DNA of 64,000 bases from Candidatus Latescibacterota bacterium (GTDB lineage Bacteria > Latescibacterota > CBDEFO01): the NCBI GenBank assembly GCA_965237525.1, contig CBDEFO010000004.1:64001-128000 (forward strand), written 5' to 3'. A program made the position numbers and the translations under genes. This document shows, one piece after another, positions 20,574 to 32,079 of this stretch. Numbering within the stretch: position 1 is the first letter of the stretch; each line of letters opens with the position of its first letter. The notes beneath the pieces are model-generated. The model was not told the DNA's origin and did not search any database. It saw only the letters and a program-made list of their open reading frames with translations.

Positions 20574-21280
20574 ATGTATCCTCTATTCTTCTTCCCGTTA
20601 TCTTGGGACCCCACCTTCATCCTTTTAATTCCTGCCATAATCCTCACCCTCTACGCTCAGGCTAAGATAAAGAGCGCATATGCCAAATACAGTAAGGTTT
20701 ACGCGCAAGGAGTGGACTGACCGGCGCACAGGTCGCAAGGAGGCTCTTAGACCATGACAATCTTAATAATGTGGCAGTGGAGATGATAGATGGTGAGCTG
20801 ACGGACCATTACGATCCGCGCCAGAATGTTATGAAGCTTTCGGAGGGCGTCTATTCCTCAAGGTCTGTGGCCGCCATAGGCGTCGCCGCACACGAGACAG
20901 GACACGCGATCCAGCATGCCGCAGGATACGCCCCACTGTCTTTGAGGAACAGCATAGTGCCCGTAGACAGGCTTCGGATCTAAATTAGCATGGCCCTGTT
21001 CATAGGAGGCTTCGTCTTCGGATATGAACCCCTGATGGACCTGGGCATAGCCTTGTTTACCCTGGCTATGGTTTTCACTTTGTGATTTTGCCCGTCGAAT
21101 TTAACGCCAGCAGCAGAGCCATAAAGATCCTTACAGGAAGGGGATGTCTGGCTCAGGAGGAGATAAAGTCCGCCAGGAAAGTCTTAAACGCCTCGGCCCT
21201 GAGCCTATCATGCGTCAGCGGCTGTGGCTGTCATCCACCTTATCCGTTTGCTCATACTGAGAGGCGCCTCAGACTACTGA
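20574..21280 (+). pseudogene. Membrane zinc metallopeptidase (YugP-like), frameshifted
   Basis: LTDHYDP, AAIGVAAHETGHAIQH and LPVEFNASSRA spread over several frames. Confidence 0.85.
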
Positions 21281-21302
21281 ACATAGTAGACAGTAGAAAG
21301 GT

Positions 21303-21443
21303 GAGATTGCTTCGGGGTTTCACCCCTTGCAATGACTGAAGCCGAAGCCCGGCAACGTCATTACGAATCCTCTAAACCGTCATTGCGCGCAGCCCCAATT
21401 AAACCCCCGATTGACTCTATGGGGGTCGGGGGGAAACAATCTC
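21303..21443. repeat. Cluster of GTCATTGC...GCAATCTC REP-like hairpins with nested short palindrome (21403-21426)
   Basis: GAGATTGCTTC...TGCAATGAC followed by GTCATTGCG...AACAATCTC. Related copies near 10271-10339, 22529-22583 and inside the MITEs. Confidence 0.7.
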
Positions 21444-21529
21444 GTAGTCAATACAGGGCATCCTCCCTACGTTCTTACAGGGCATCGCCCGACCTTCTTA
21501 GCGGGCATCCTCCCCTACCTTCGTGCTGT

Positions 21530-22402
21530 CTACTTAACAGAGGAGACTGACGACGCTCCTCTGTTTTGGTCATTCAGTCCCCAGTCGTATTCGTAGTATT
21601 TAATCTTGTAGTTGTCTTTAGCAAATTCTATCTTCTCTTTTTTGTCGTCTGCTATGTAGAGCTTGATGTAGTCCAGTATATGAGCATCCTCCACGTTGAA
21701 GTTCTCTTTATACCAGTCCCTAAAGTCATCTGCGTACCAGTCGAAGATGGAGGACAGGTACACGATTTTGTTCTCCGCATCTATCTTGACATTGCGTTCC
21801 TCGTTTATGAAGTGCCGGGCCGATTCTTCGAGCCTACCCTCCAGGTTATGGGCAAGAAAGGCTTTCGTTTCAAGGCGCGGGCATCCCAGAGAGGCGCAGC
21901 TTATGGCAAAGTGTATCCTCGGCTCTTTGAACTTTTCCCTTACTATGTCGTCCTCTATGTGTTTGAGCGAGTATTTGTTGCCACCTGCGTTGAATTTGAT
22001 CATCCAGAAGAAGCCTTTAAGCATCTTGATGCTAAGAACGCTGTCTGTGGGATAGTTATCCACAACTCCTTTGATGACGAAGGCGTTGTATGCGTTGATC
22101 CAGTAAGCCAATCTGTCATCTCTTGTAGGGAATGCATCCGGATCTTTTTCAGGGCTGTAGCTTTGCAGCAAATCTATATAGGTTTCGAGGTCTTCCGAAT
22201 CCCCTTTTAAAGTGGTGTAGTCCACCATTCCTTTACTATCTGTAAACCGCATTAAGGCTCTGTCGATCGGTTCGTGGGTGAAGGGATCCTGGGATTTCCT
22301 CTTTTCGTCGTCTTTGCATCCTGATACTAATAGCGAAATACTCAGAATCGTGGCGGATACAAAGGTAGCTAAAAGCAAGGAACCCCATCTGTAGGAAATC
22401 AT
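21530..22402 (-). CDS. DUF547-domain exported (lipo)protein
   Basis: LAYWINAYNA, EPRIHFAISCASLGCP, LSSIFDWYADDF, YDWGLN. Signal peptide ends VSGC. Confidence 0.88.
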   Translation of the reverse strand: MISYRWGSLLLATFVSATILSISLLVSGCKDDEKRKSQDPFTHEPIDRALMRFTDSKGMVDYTTLKGDSEDLETYIDLLQSYSPEKDPDAFPTRDDRLAYWINAYNAFVIKGVVDNYPTDSVLSIKMLKGFFWMIKFNAGGNKYSLKHIEDDIVREKFKEPRIHFAISCASLGCPRLETKAFLAHNLEGRLEESARHFINEERNVKIDAENKIVYLSSIFDWYADDFRDWYKENFNVEDAHILDYIKLYIADDKKEKIEFAKDNYKIKYYEYDWGLNDQNRGASSVSSVK

Positions 22403-22661
22403 ACCTTACCGGCCTCCAGGGAGAGCAAGCCTCTGTGTCTTTTCTTAAGTTTCGGGTCAAAATGGTCTGGAGCTGACAATAGAGATCCAGAATAGTAAGT
22501 AGCAAACAGTAGACAAGGCAGTCTATATGAGGTTGCTTCGCAGACCCTTCGCTTGGCTCTGGGCTTCGGCTCGCGATGATGACTTAGAAAGGAGAGATTG
22601 GGGCCACGTCTATCCCCGTTAGATTCAATCGGGGGCTACTGACTACTGTTTACTTAGCTAA

Positions 22662-23144
22662 CTATTCAGGCACGGCGAACTTGAAGACAAATCCGGTTAT
22701 CTTCCATTCATTGTCCACCTTTTCCAGCATCCAGAAGTTAAAGTGGTCGAACTCCCTTGGCATCTCTGTCTCTTTGTGTGTGGTCTTGCCCTGTTCCTGA
22801 GTTACTACATAGGCTCTGTTGTTTCTGGCCTCAGTTTTGGTGGCGGTCCTTTTGAGATCGTATTCCACCTTGGAGAACCTCTCTTCGAGGTAGTCCTTGA
22901 ATTCATCCAGGTCGCTAAACAGGATTCGCCACTCCCTGGGATCAGCCTTTTCGACCCCATCGTACCCTGTGAAGTGAGGCTGATAGTGCTCCGTTATCTT
23001 CTCAATGTCACCCCTTTTCCATCCTATCTTCTCGTCTTCCAATACCTTGCGGATGGCTATGGCATCTTTCGTCTGGGCGTGGGCAAGAGAAAACGTCGCA
23101 GTGAAAACAAAGACAAAAGTAGTGAACAAGACAGTGATCTTCAT
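22662..23144 (-). CDS. Exported NTF2-like (SnoaL/DUF4440) protein
   Basis: AAGGAGG RBS, signal peptide ending AHA, C-terminal LEKVDNEWKI. Confidence 0.7.
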   Translation of the reverse strand: MKITVLFTTFVFVFTATFSLAHAQTKDAIAIRKVLEDEKIGWKRGDIEKITEHYQPHFTGYDGVEKADPREWRILFSDLDEFKDYLEERFSKVEYDLKRTATKTEARNNRAYVVTQEQGKTTHKETEMPREFDHFNFWMLEKVDNEWKITGFVFKFAVPE

Positions 23145-23265
23145 CGTTGTTCTCCTCCTTTCCTGTAGTCTGTGTAGGGCGAATCCAAGTGACAGCGTGC
23201 AGAGCGATGTCGCTACAAGCCACAAAGTGGTTCGCCCAGATTTCAGAGCAGACCCGCGGGTCTAC

Positions 23266-24338
23266 CTACTGTCTGTTTGCATAGACATCTTTGAGCATTT
23301 TAAGGACATCGAAACTGTAAGGGCAGACCTCGTCGCATGCTTTGAGGTCTTCGCACGATTCGACCTGCTCTCTGTAAGATTCATATTCTTCTTTAGCCCA
23401 TTCGTAGCCGAATCTCGTGTGGCAGTCGTAGCCGAACATTATCTTTTGAACGGGAATACCATTTGAATAGGGGTGGCACAGTGCACAGCTCCTGCACGGC
23501 CCCAGTCCCAGGGCTTCGACTTTCTCCACGATGTCCCGACGCTCCGCAGAAGACAGCTTTTCGATAATATGTCCGACGGCGACATTCTCCTCTGCCATCT
23601 GGGGCGTGCTCATCCCGGAAAGAACCGCGCTGACACCGTCGTGAGAAAGTATGTAGAGGAGAGCGGCCTGTCCGGGCGTGTCTGCGTAAGGACCCAAAAT
23701 CTCTTTGAAGACTCCCCACTCCTGTGTAAGGTGTCCGTTGTAGGTCGGATAGTTGACAAAGACCCCGATGTTCTTCTCTTTGGCCAGCGGTATGATCTCC
23801 TCATCGACTCTCTCGGTGCGCACAAGGTTGAAAGGAACCTGTATCACATCGAACTCATCCATCTCAATAAGGGTTCTCATTCGATCCAGTGGCATAGGCT
23901 GAAAATGATCGAAGCTTATCCCCACATATCTGGTTAAGCCTCTATCCCTTGCCTTCTGGCACCCTTCCAAAACTCCGCCCGGGCGCATCGTATTGTGAAA
24001 TCTTTCGGGATCGTTGCACCCGTGGACGTAGAAGAGATCTACGTTGTCCAGACCTAAGATCGAAAGACTTGCTTCTATGTCCTTCTGAGCCATATCAGAA
24101 TCCACAGGCTGCGTCTTTGTGGCTATGTAGAAATCCTCTCTGTTTCTTCCCTTTATCCCATGTCCGACCTTCTCCTCGCTGTCGCCGTAGCTCCTGGCGG
24201 TGTCTATGAAATTGATCCCCAAATCAGGGCGCTCTTTACGGTGTCCACAGCAGCATCGAGATGCTCTGACAGACGCGCTGCGCCGAAGGCTACTGCGGTT
24301 ATCTCTAGCCCTGTCCTTCCGAGCGTTCTCTTTTCCAT
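23266..24338 (-). pseudogene. Aldo/keto reductase with C-terminal Fe-S domain, frameshift near 24220
   Basis: MEKRTLGRTGLEITAVAFG in one frame, GINFIDTARSYGDSE..IATK in another. Confidence 0.8.
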
Positions 24339-25885
24339 TCCAACTTAATCTTCCCTCCGATATTTGCTTACAACTTTTGAAACTTCTGAGAATTTGTCTT
24401 TCAGGGCCGGATAGAGGGATCTGAAGACCGAGTAGAAATCCCTGTACGTCCTGACATTTTCCTCTATCGGCTCTGTCGAATCCACAACCTTTACTAACTC
24501 CTCAGCGGCTTCCACGAGGTTGTCGAAGAGTCCCGCTCCCACGCTGGCCATCAGCGCGGCTCCGAAGGCGGGACCCTCTTTAACATTGACCCTCACCACG
24601 GGAGCACCGTAGATATCCGCCTGCAGCTGGCGCCAGAAGGCGCTTTTTGCCCCTCCTCCTGTCGCTCTGATCTCCTCCATTTCGAGTCCCAACTCTCTCA
24701 TTATCTCTATAGAATCGTTCATAGCATAGGTGATCCCCTCGAGGACGGAGCGGACTATGTGCTCTCTTTTGTGCCTTGCCGTTATGCCGAAGAAGACGCC
24801 TTTGGCATCTGCGTCCTGATGCGGGGTCCTTTCGCCCGTAAGATAAGGCAGAAAGATCAGTCCCTCACAGCCTTGGGGAGCCCGTGACGCTTCCTCTGTG
24901 AGCAGATCGTAGGAATCCACTCCCCTGAGCCTTTCCATCTCCTTATGACCCGAGACGTCCCTGAACCATCTTAACGAATTTCCGGCCGAGAGCGTCACTC
25001 CCATCAGATACCAGCTCTGGGGGACGCTGTGACAGAACGAATGGACCCTCATCTGTGGATCCACCTTAAGATCAGCGCTGTGAGCAAAGACTACTCCGGA
25101 GGTTCCGATGCTGGATAAGACCCTCCCCTCTAAGACTATTCCTGTCCCCGTGGCTCCGCAGGTGTTGTCCGCTCCGCCACCGACGACGAGAGTTCCAGTT
25201 TTAAGCCCCGTCGCCTTTGCAACATCTTCTGTAACCTTTCCGCATACGTCTGCAGATTCGCAGACATCAGGGAGGATGTCCCGTGGAATATCTATCTTGC
25301 CTAAGAATTCATCTGACCATTTTCTCCCTCTGACATCGAACAGGAGCGTCCCCGCTGCGTCTGAGACCTCCATCGCTTTTTCGCCTGTGAGCCTGAACCT
25401 TACGTAATCCTTGGGGAGCAACAGTGTTTTTAGCCTCTCGTAATTCTCCGGCTCGTTGTCCCTTAGCCAAATCACTTTGGGAGCGGTGAAACCCTCTAAG
25501 GCTGGATTCGCGACCAATTTAGCGAGGCTCTCTTTTCCTACGACTTCCGTAATCCATCGGCACTCTCTAGATGTCCTGCCGTCGTTCCACAGGATCGCAG
25601 GTCTTATAACGTGGTCGTTTTCGTCCAGAAAGACCGCGCTATGCATCTGGCCCGAAAGACCTATGCATTTTATATCCGCGGCATCAGCCCCTCCGATCAC
25701 GTGTCTTATGGACTTTATGGTCCCTCTCCACCAGTCCTCCGGATCCTGCTCGCTCCACCCCGGATGAGGTGTGTACAGGGGATATTCAACTGTGGAACTT
25801 GCAACTGTGGTGCCCTCTTCGTCTATCAATATAGTCTTTACGCCCGTAGTTCCAACGTCGATTCCCAGAAGGTAGGGGTTATTTA

Positions 25886-27076
25886 TCAAATGAAATCGGT
25901 GCACTTCTCTTTCGATCTTTGATTGATCTTGAATGATAGGTTTTCGACAATCTTTGGTTTCTGTTCTTTTTCAAAATGGATGTATAATTGTTCTTCTTTT
26001 AGGTTCCATTCAGCCAGGACAAAGTAGTTGGTGTAAGAGGAGGGAAGAGATACTTTCTCATTTAGGACATCGATAAAGGCTTTATCTGTCTGTTCTGTGT
26101 CCTGTTTGACTTGTCTGATAAAATAGGTCTTGGGAATGAAATCTTTCTCGTTTGACTTCTCTTGCTTAGGTGGACGGTAGCCGGTGTATCTCTGTGATGA
26201 AAGATTAAACCATTCTAACTTCTGATCAACTTCTTGTAAGCTTTTGAACTGAATTCTGTTCCAGAACTTCCTTGAAAATACAGAATTGTTGCCTTCTATA
26301 GATGCTTGAGAAAAGGGCCTTCTGGGAACGGCAAATATCGGAATCACTTGATTTTTCAAGAGAAACTGCATTGCTTTGCTGACATTCCTTTTACCTGAAA
26401 CACTGCCAATAGTCGCCGAGCAATTGTCCACCTTAACGAAATCTGGTTTTTCAAACCTGTCAAAGAAAGACTGACACTTCTCGATAAAGTTAGTTGCTGT
26501 TTGACCGTCAACCCGCCGAAAATACCTTAACTTAGGCTCTTTCTTAAAGGAAAATCCAACGAAGTTGACCGGCTCAGTTCTGCCGGTAAGATACTTTTTA
26601 CCAATAAAGTCTGATTCTAGGACTCTGCCTCCTGAAAGATAGTAAATGGTATACTCTGGATAACAAAGATAACGAGATGCACCCTTGTTTTTACCTTTCT
26701 TCCTTCTCTGGGAAAGTCCTAAATCTGAAAGCATTCTGCCGATAGTCGGCAACGACGGAGGAGGGGTGCTAGAATATCGATTCCTCCATTCTTGTTCAAT
26801 AACAGTGGCTCCTGAATAGAACTGATAAGGATCGTCCTCTAAGCTATGGTAAATCTCTTTGATTCTCTGTTCGTCAACTTTAGCCAATTTTCGCCTTTTT
26901 CCTTTTGGCCAACCCCGATTATCCATGGCAAAATCCTGATCCAGAGATTTAGTCCAAGCCGTAACGAAATCATTGGAAACTCTCGCTTGTTTGATAACTT
27001 CTCGCTTTGACATTTCTTTCTTAAAATACATCTCGTTGACTTCTTGTCTTAATACGGCCAATCTCTCTTTGTCCAT
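25886..27076 (-). CDS. DDE transposase (integrase-core type, IS481-like)
   Basis: N-terminal HTH, catalytic ESD / KVDN / ASIEGNN. Lies between terminal IRs. Confidence 0.8.
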   Translation of the reverse strand: MDKERLAVLRQEVNEMYFKKEMSKREVIKQARVSNDFVTAWTKSLDQDFAMDNRGWPKGKRRKLAKVDEQRIKEIYHSLEDDPYQFYSGATVIEQEWRNRYSSTPPPSLPTIGRMLSDLGLSQRRKKGKNKGASRYLCYPEYTIYYLSGGRVLESDFIGKKYLTGRTEPVNFVGFSFKKEPKLRYFRRVDGQTATNFIEKCQSFFDRFEKPDFVKVDNCSATIGSVSGKRNVSKAMQFLLKNQVIPIFAVPRRPFSQASIEGNNSVFSRKFWNRIQFKSLQEVDQKLEWFNLSSQRYTGYRPPKQEKSNEKDFIPKTYFIRQVKQDTEQTDKAFIDVLNEKVSLPSSYTNYFVLAEWNLKEEQLYIHFEKEQKPKIVENLSFKINQRSKEKCTDFI

Positions 27077-27126
27077 AGGACTCCGTAGATTAAAGTTAAG
27101 ACAATCAACTCAACTTAATCTACTAA

Positions 27127-28645
27127 AAGCCTTGTGAAATAGTTATGTCCCAGGCAGCGTCTGAAGCGCCGATTATGGGTCAAAGAGTAGCATATCGTAT
27201 CGTTTTGCTGTGGAATAAGCAAAATAGTCTTATCAGAGTTCTGGTCAGCAAGGAACAGGAGCTGTTTGAAGAACAGGATGCACTGTCTTTGACAGACAGG
27301 GCACACATAGACGCTTTCCCCCTTCTTATGAAAGATACAAGCCTCTTGAGATTCTGTACTGTTGCAACAAGATTCAACTGTTCATTCAGTGAGGCTGGTC
27401 CTCTGTAACGGGCTCGTCCCATACCGTGTTGTTGCCTGGCTTCAGCAAAGATATGTTCACTGCGTTTACGGAGTCTCCGGGAGAGTTTGTAGTCAGCTGT
27501 TAATGAGATAGACCGTGCATGATTTCTGGCTTTCGCCTCTCGCACTTTTCTATCCCGTTCGGCCTGAATATGTGCTGAATTTGTCTTGTTTTTCCATGTA
27601 GGAATCGGTTCAATCTTCTCATCGGCTCGCAGAGGAATATGGGGTATGATTCCCCGGTCAAGTACATCAGCGATAAAATTACCAGAACCGTAACCGGTAT
27701 CGGCACTAAGTGTCTGAATGTCTTTGGGCATGGTGTATGTTTCAAGGTCATCTACCATCTTAAGGGCACTTTCGGGCTCTGCTGTCCCTGTCGCCTGCGT
27801 GCCCTGAGTCTCAAGGATTACTCTGCTTTTTGTGTCGATCAGATCATGGCCCATAAACGAGAGAAAAGCCCCTTTGCCCTTCGATTTGCTGTATAAGCGC
27901 GCGTCGGGGTCTGTAGTCGAACGGTGTGTTTGGTTCGTCCACTTTTCACCATGAAAGTCTTTATCCTGAGGATGCCCGGACCTACCCTTTGTCTTATCAC
28001 CTTCAAAACCGATTCCCTTGAGATAATCATCAAGAGAAACAGGGGGTTCTATCGGCTCAATACTTTTCACTGAAGCATCAGCTTGTATCTGAGTGCCGTC
28101 GACACTAAGGTGTTTACCGCTCACAAGACCGACATCTATGCAACACTGGACTACCTGACGCATTATCCGTTCAAACAACCCACTGGATGCCCACTTGTGA
28201 TTGCGAAGCTTGTTGATCGTGCTCCTATCCGGAACCGCATCATCAAATGTCTGATGACAAAACAACCGATATGCCGCATGCATCCCCACTTCCTGACAGA
28301 GCCGATTCTCACTCAAATTATACAGATAGCCAATAAGGATCATTCGAACAACTAATTCAGGATCAATACCGGGTCTGCCATTGTCAGGGCAATAACAATC
28401 TGATACAACGTCTCGTACAAATGAAAAATCAACTGCCTCATCAATCTGACGAAGGATATGATCCTCGGGAACTAAATCCTCCATCTGAAAATAGTGAAAC
28501 ACCGGATTTGTCTGTTCCTGCTTTTGTGGGGTCATTGTTTCCTCCATGTATAATATTATCAATAACATAATATAATACATCGGAGCTGCTTTATCAATGC
28601 TTGTTCTATACTACTTTCTGAATCTAAGGGTTTTTCACAAGGCTT
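27127..28645 (-). mobile_element. IS1182-family element, copy 2 (1519 bp)
   Basis: Same IRs as copy 1, CTAA target duplication (27123-27126 and 28646-28649). Confidence 0.93.
27180..28580 (-). CDS. IS1182-family transposase
   Basis: Differs from the copy-1 protein at two visible residues. Confidence 0.93.
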   Translation of the reverse strand: MYYIMLLIILYMEETMTPQKQEQTNPVFHYFQMEDLVPEDHILRQIDEAVDFSFVRDVVSDCYCPDNGRPGIDPELVVRMILIGYLYNLSENRLCQEVGMHAAYRLFCHQTFDDAVPDRSTINKLRNHKWASSGLFERIMRQVVQCCIDVGLVSGKHLSVDGTQIQADASVKSIEPIEPPVSLDDYLKGIGFEGDKTKGRSGHPQDKDFHGEKWTNQTHRSTTDPDARLYSKSKGKGAFLSFMGHDLIDTKSRVILETQGTQATGTAEPESALKMVDDLETYTMPKDIQTLSADTGYGSGNFIADVLDRGIIPHIPLRADEKIEPIPTWKNKTNSAHIQAERDRKVREAKARNHARSISLTADYKLSRRLRKRSEHIFAEARQQHGMGRARYRGPASLNEQLNLVATVQNLKRLVSFIRRGKASMCALSVKDSASCSSNSSCSLLTRTLIRLFCLFHSKTIRYATL

Positions 28646-28750
28646 CTAATACTCTAAACAAAGATCAAATTAGGTGCACCGATTTCATTTGATATTCAAC
28701 CGGTAGGCCATGCGTCTCCTTCCGTTTCCGCAGATCCACGTGTCAGACAG

Positions 28751-28775
28751 GTCCCCGATAGATTCAATCGGGGAC
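28751..28775. repeat. Short palindromic element (intergenic)
   Basis: GTCCCCGATAGATTCAATCGGGGAC. Another intergenic copy at 22613-22634. Confidence 0.85.
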
Positions 28776-28878
28776 TGAGCCACCACAAGAGTGCGCTGAT
28801 AATGTAGTTAGTAGGACAGACATGTTTGTCTGTCCATTTGCATGTCAGACAGTCTGACACACCACGCACGGGTTCGAC

Positions 28879-30186
<1,308 letters not shown>

Positions 30187-30205
30187 TCACTTCATTATAG
30201 ATTTC

Positions 30206-31585
30206 TCAAGCCCTGTTCAATGCGGTTCTGAATGCATCTGCTATAGTATCCGCTTCGGACTCCGTCAGAACTAACGGCGGAGAGACGAAAAGGATATTCT
30301 CCGGATCGAACGAAGCATAGGCTACTCTTCCAACCAGGACGCCTTCTTCTTTGATGTGCCTTTGGATCTTAAGGACAGATTCGGTGTCCAGCGGAGTCTT
30401 GCTGTCTTTGTCTTTGACCAGTTCCAGGGCGATCATCAATCCCTTTCCCCTGACGTCACCTACAATCGGAAGTTCTAAAAGCTGCTTCAGTCTGCCGAGA
30501 AGGTAAGTTCCGATCTTTTCGGAGTTTTCCCACAGCCTTTCGGCAAGGAGTATGTCCAGATTAGCTAGAGCGGCGACACAGCAGACGGGGTGTCCGCCGT
30601 AGGTGCTGACCTGGGAGAATTCTCTGTGATCTTCAGGTTCTCCGAGGAACGCCTCAAAGACAGGTGATGTGGTTACACACGCTCCTAAAGGAAGGTAACC
30701 GCTGCTTATGCCTTTGGCTAAAGTGATGATGTCGGGCTCAACCTTCCATCTCTGGCAGGCGAACAGCGTTCCAGTCCTGCCGAAGCCAGTGATCACTTCA
30801 TCCAGAATCAAAAGGAGATCGTAGCGGTCGCAGATCTCCCGGAGCTTTGGAAGATAATCGTCGGGGGGCACAATGACTCCGCCGCCGCCTATGATCGGCT
30901 CTGCGATGACGGCTATCACAGTCTCGGGCCCCTCGTTCTCTATGATCCTTTCAATATCGTCGGCGCACGCTACGTTGCACTCTGGATACGAAAGACCCAA
31001 TGGACAGCGATAGCAGTAGGGAGGATGGGCGTGATGGAATCCCGGAACCAAAGGCTCAAACTTAGCACGTCTGGGCGTCTGCCCGGTCGCCGACATCGCT
31101 CCGAAGGTGAACCCGTGGTATCCTCGATAGCGGGCGATGACCTTGTAGCGGTTCTGACCAGGGAATTTCTGCCGACCGTACTGTCTTGCTATCTTCAGTG
31201 CTGTCTCGTTGGCCTCAGATCCGCTGTTTGAGAAGAAAACATGGTTCAGATCCCCGGGCAGCATGGAGCTTAATCTGTCCGCCAGACGCGTTGCCGGGAT
31301 ATTAAGCTGCGAATGGGGATAGTAAGATAGCGTCTTCATTTGCTGGTAGACCGCATCTGCGATCTCCTGGCGGCCGTAGCCGACATTCACGTTCCATAGA
31401 CCGGCATAGGCGTCCAGATACTCGTTTCCTTCGTAGTCGATTAATTTTGTCCCACGACCCTCTTTAATCAGCATCAGGTTCTGCTTTTCCAGCAGTCTGT
31501 GCTGAAATAGCGGATGCCAGACGTGTTCCCGATCCAGCTTTAGATAGTCTTCCAACGATGCATTTTCATTTGAAAGCGGTTCCAT
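30206..31585 (-). CDS. Class III PLP-dependent aminotransferase
   Basis: SGSEANE, YHG.T, LILDEVITGFGRTG, AKGISSGYLPLG. Confidence 0.92.
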   Translation of the reverse strand: MEPLSNENASLEDYLKLDREHVWHPLFQHRLLEKQNLMLIKEGRGTKLIDYEGNEYLDAYAGLWNVNVGYGRQEIADAVYQQMKTLSYYPHSQLNIPATRLADRLSSMLPGDLNHVFFSNSGSEANETALKIARQYGRQKFPGQNRYKVIARYRGYHGFTFGAMSATGQTPRRAKFEPLVPGFHHAHPPYCYRCPLGLSYPECNVACADDIERIIENEGPETVIAVIAEPIIGGGGVIVPPDDYLPKLREICDRYDLLLILDEVITGFGRTGTLFACQRWKVEPDIITLAKGISSGYLPLGACVTTSPVFEAFLGEPEDHREFSQVSTYGGHPVCCVAALANLDILLAERLWENSEKIGTYLLGRLKQLLELPIVGDVRGKGLMIALELVKDKDSKTPLDTESVLKIQRHIKEEGVLVGRVAYASFDPENILFVSPPLVLTESEADTIADAFRTALNRA

Positions 31586-31782
31586 TTAGTCCCCCTATAA
31601 TACTCATATCCGTAGTAGCACTGTATCTCTGTGGAGGCAAATGTAAGTTATTGCCAATGTCTTGTCAAGCAAAAGAATTAAGGCACTGACAATAATTGAA
31701 TAACGGTTGATATTTACTTGACTCTGGGAGTGAGATTGGGTACTTTACTATAGCAAAAAAGACCACGAGAGGAGTTGAACTC

Positions 31783-32079
31783 TTGACAGTTAAATGGAAG
31801 CATCCTGGCGGGAAACTCAGAGAAGAAGGTTCAGCCAGTCTTACAGAAGGAGAACTCCTCGCCATTCTGATCTCAACAGGCATTCCCGGAAGATCCGCTG
31901 AGAAAATAGCTGAAGAAGTACTCGAAAGGTTCGGTTCACTTGAAGGGCTGGCGAATCAGCCACTTGAGAAATTACTGGAGATCAAGGGCCTATCTGATGT
32001 GAAAATCATTCGAATTGCTGCGGCTTTTGAATTAGCACTCCGTCTTACAGGGAAAAGAGAAAATGAGTGCAATGAATAA
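31783..32079 (+). CDS. RadC/UPF0758 N-terminal HhH-only protein
   Basis: P..KL.EEG.ASLTEGELLAILISTG, L.IKGL..VK..RI.AAFELA. No JAB domain. Putative TTGACT-N17-TACTTT promoter at 31718-31746. Confidence 0.8.
   Translation: MTVKWKHPGGKLREEGSASLTEGELLAILISTGIPGRSAEKIAEEVLERFGSLEGLANQPLEKLLEIKGLSDVKIIRIAAAFELALRLTGKRENECNE

Larger units (their letters stand above)
25877..28701 (-). mobile_element. IS481-like element containing nested IS1182
   Basis: 28-bp IRs GGTT(ATT/GAA)TATCAAATGAAATCGGTGCAC with 3 mismatches. 6-bp target duplication GGTAGG (25871-25876 and 28702-28707). Confidence 0.88.
24345..28711 (-). pseudogene. xylB: Xylulokinase interrupted after codon 3 by an IS481-like element (body 24345-25876, native start 28711)
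   Basis: GGAG RBS + ATG GCC TAC at 28711 joins to CTT CTG GGA ATC GAC, giving MAYLLGIDVGTT. GLSGQMH, WNDGRT and LPYLTGERTP motifs. Confidence 0.88.
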
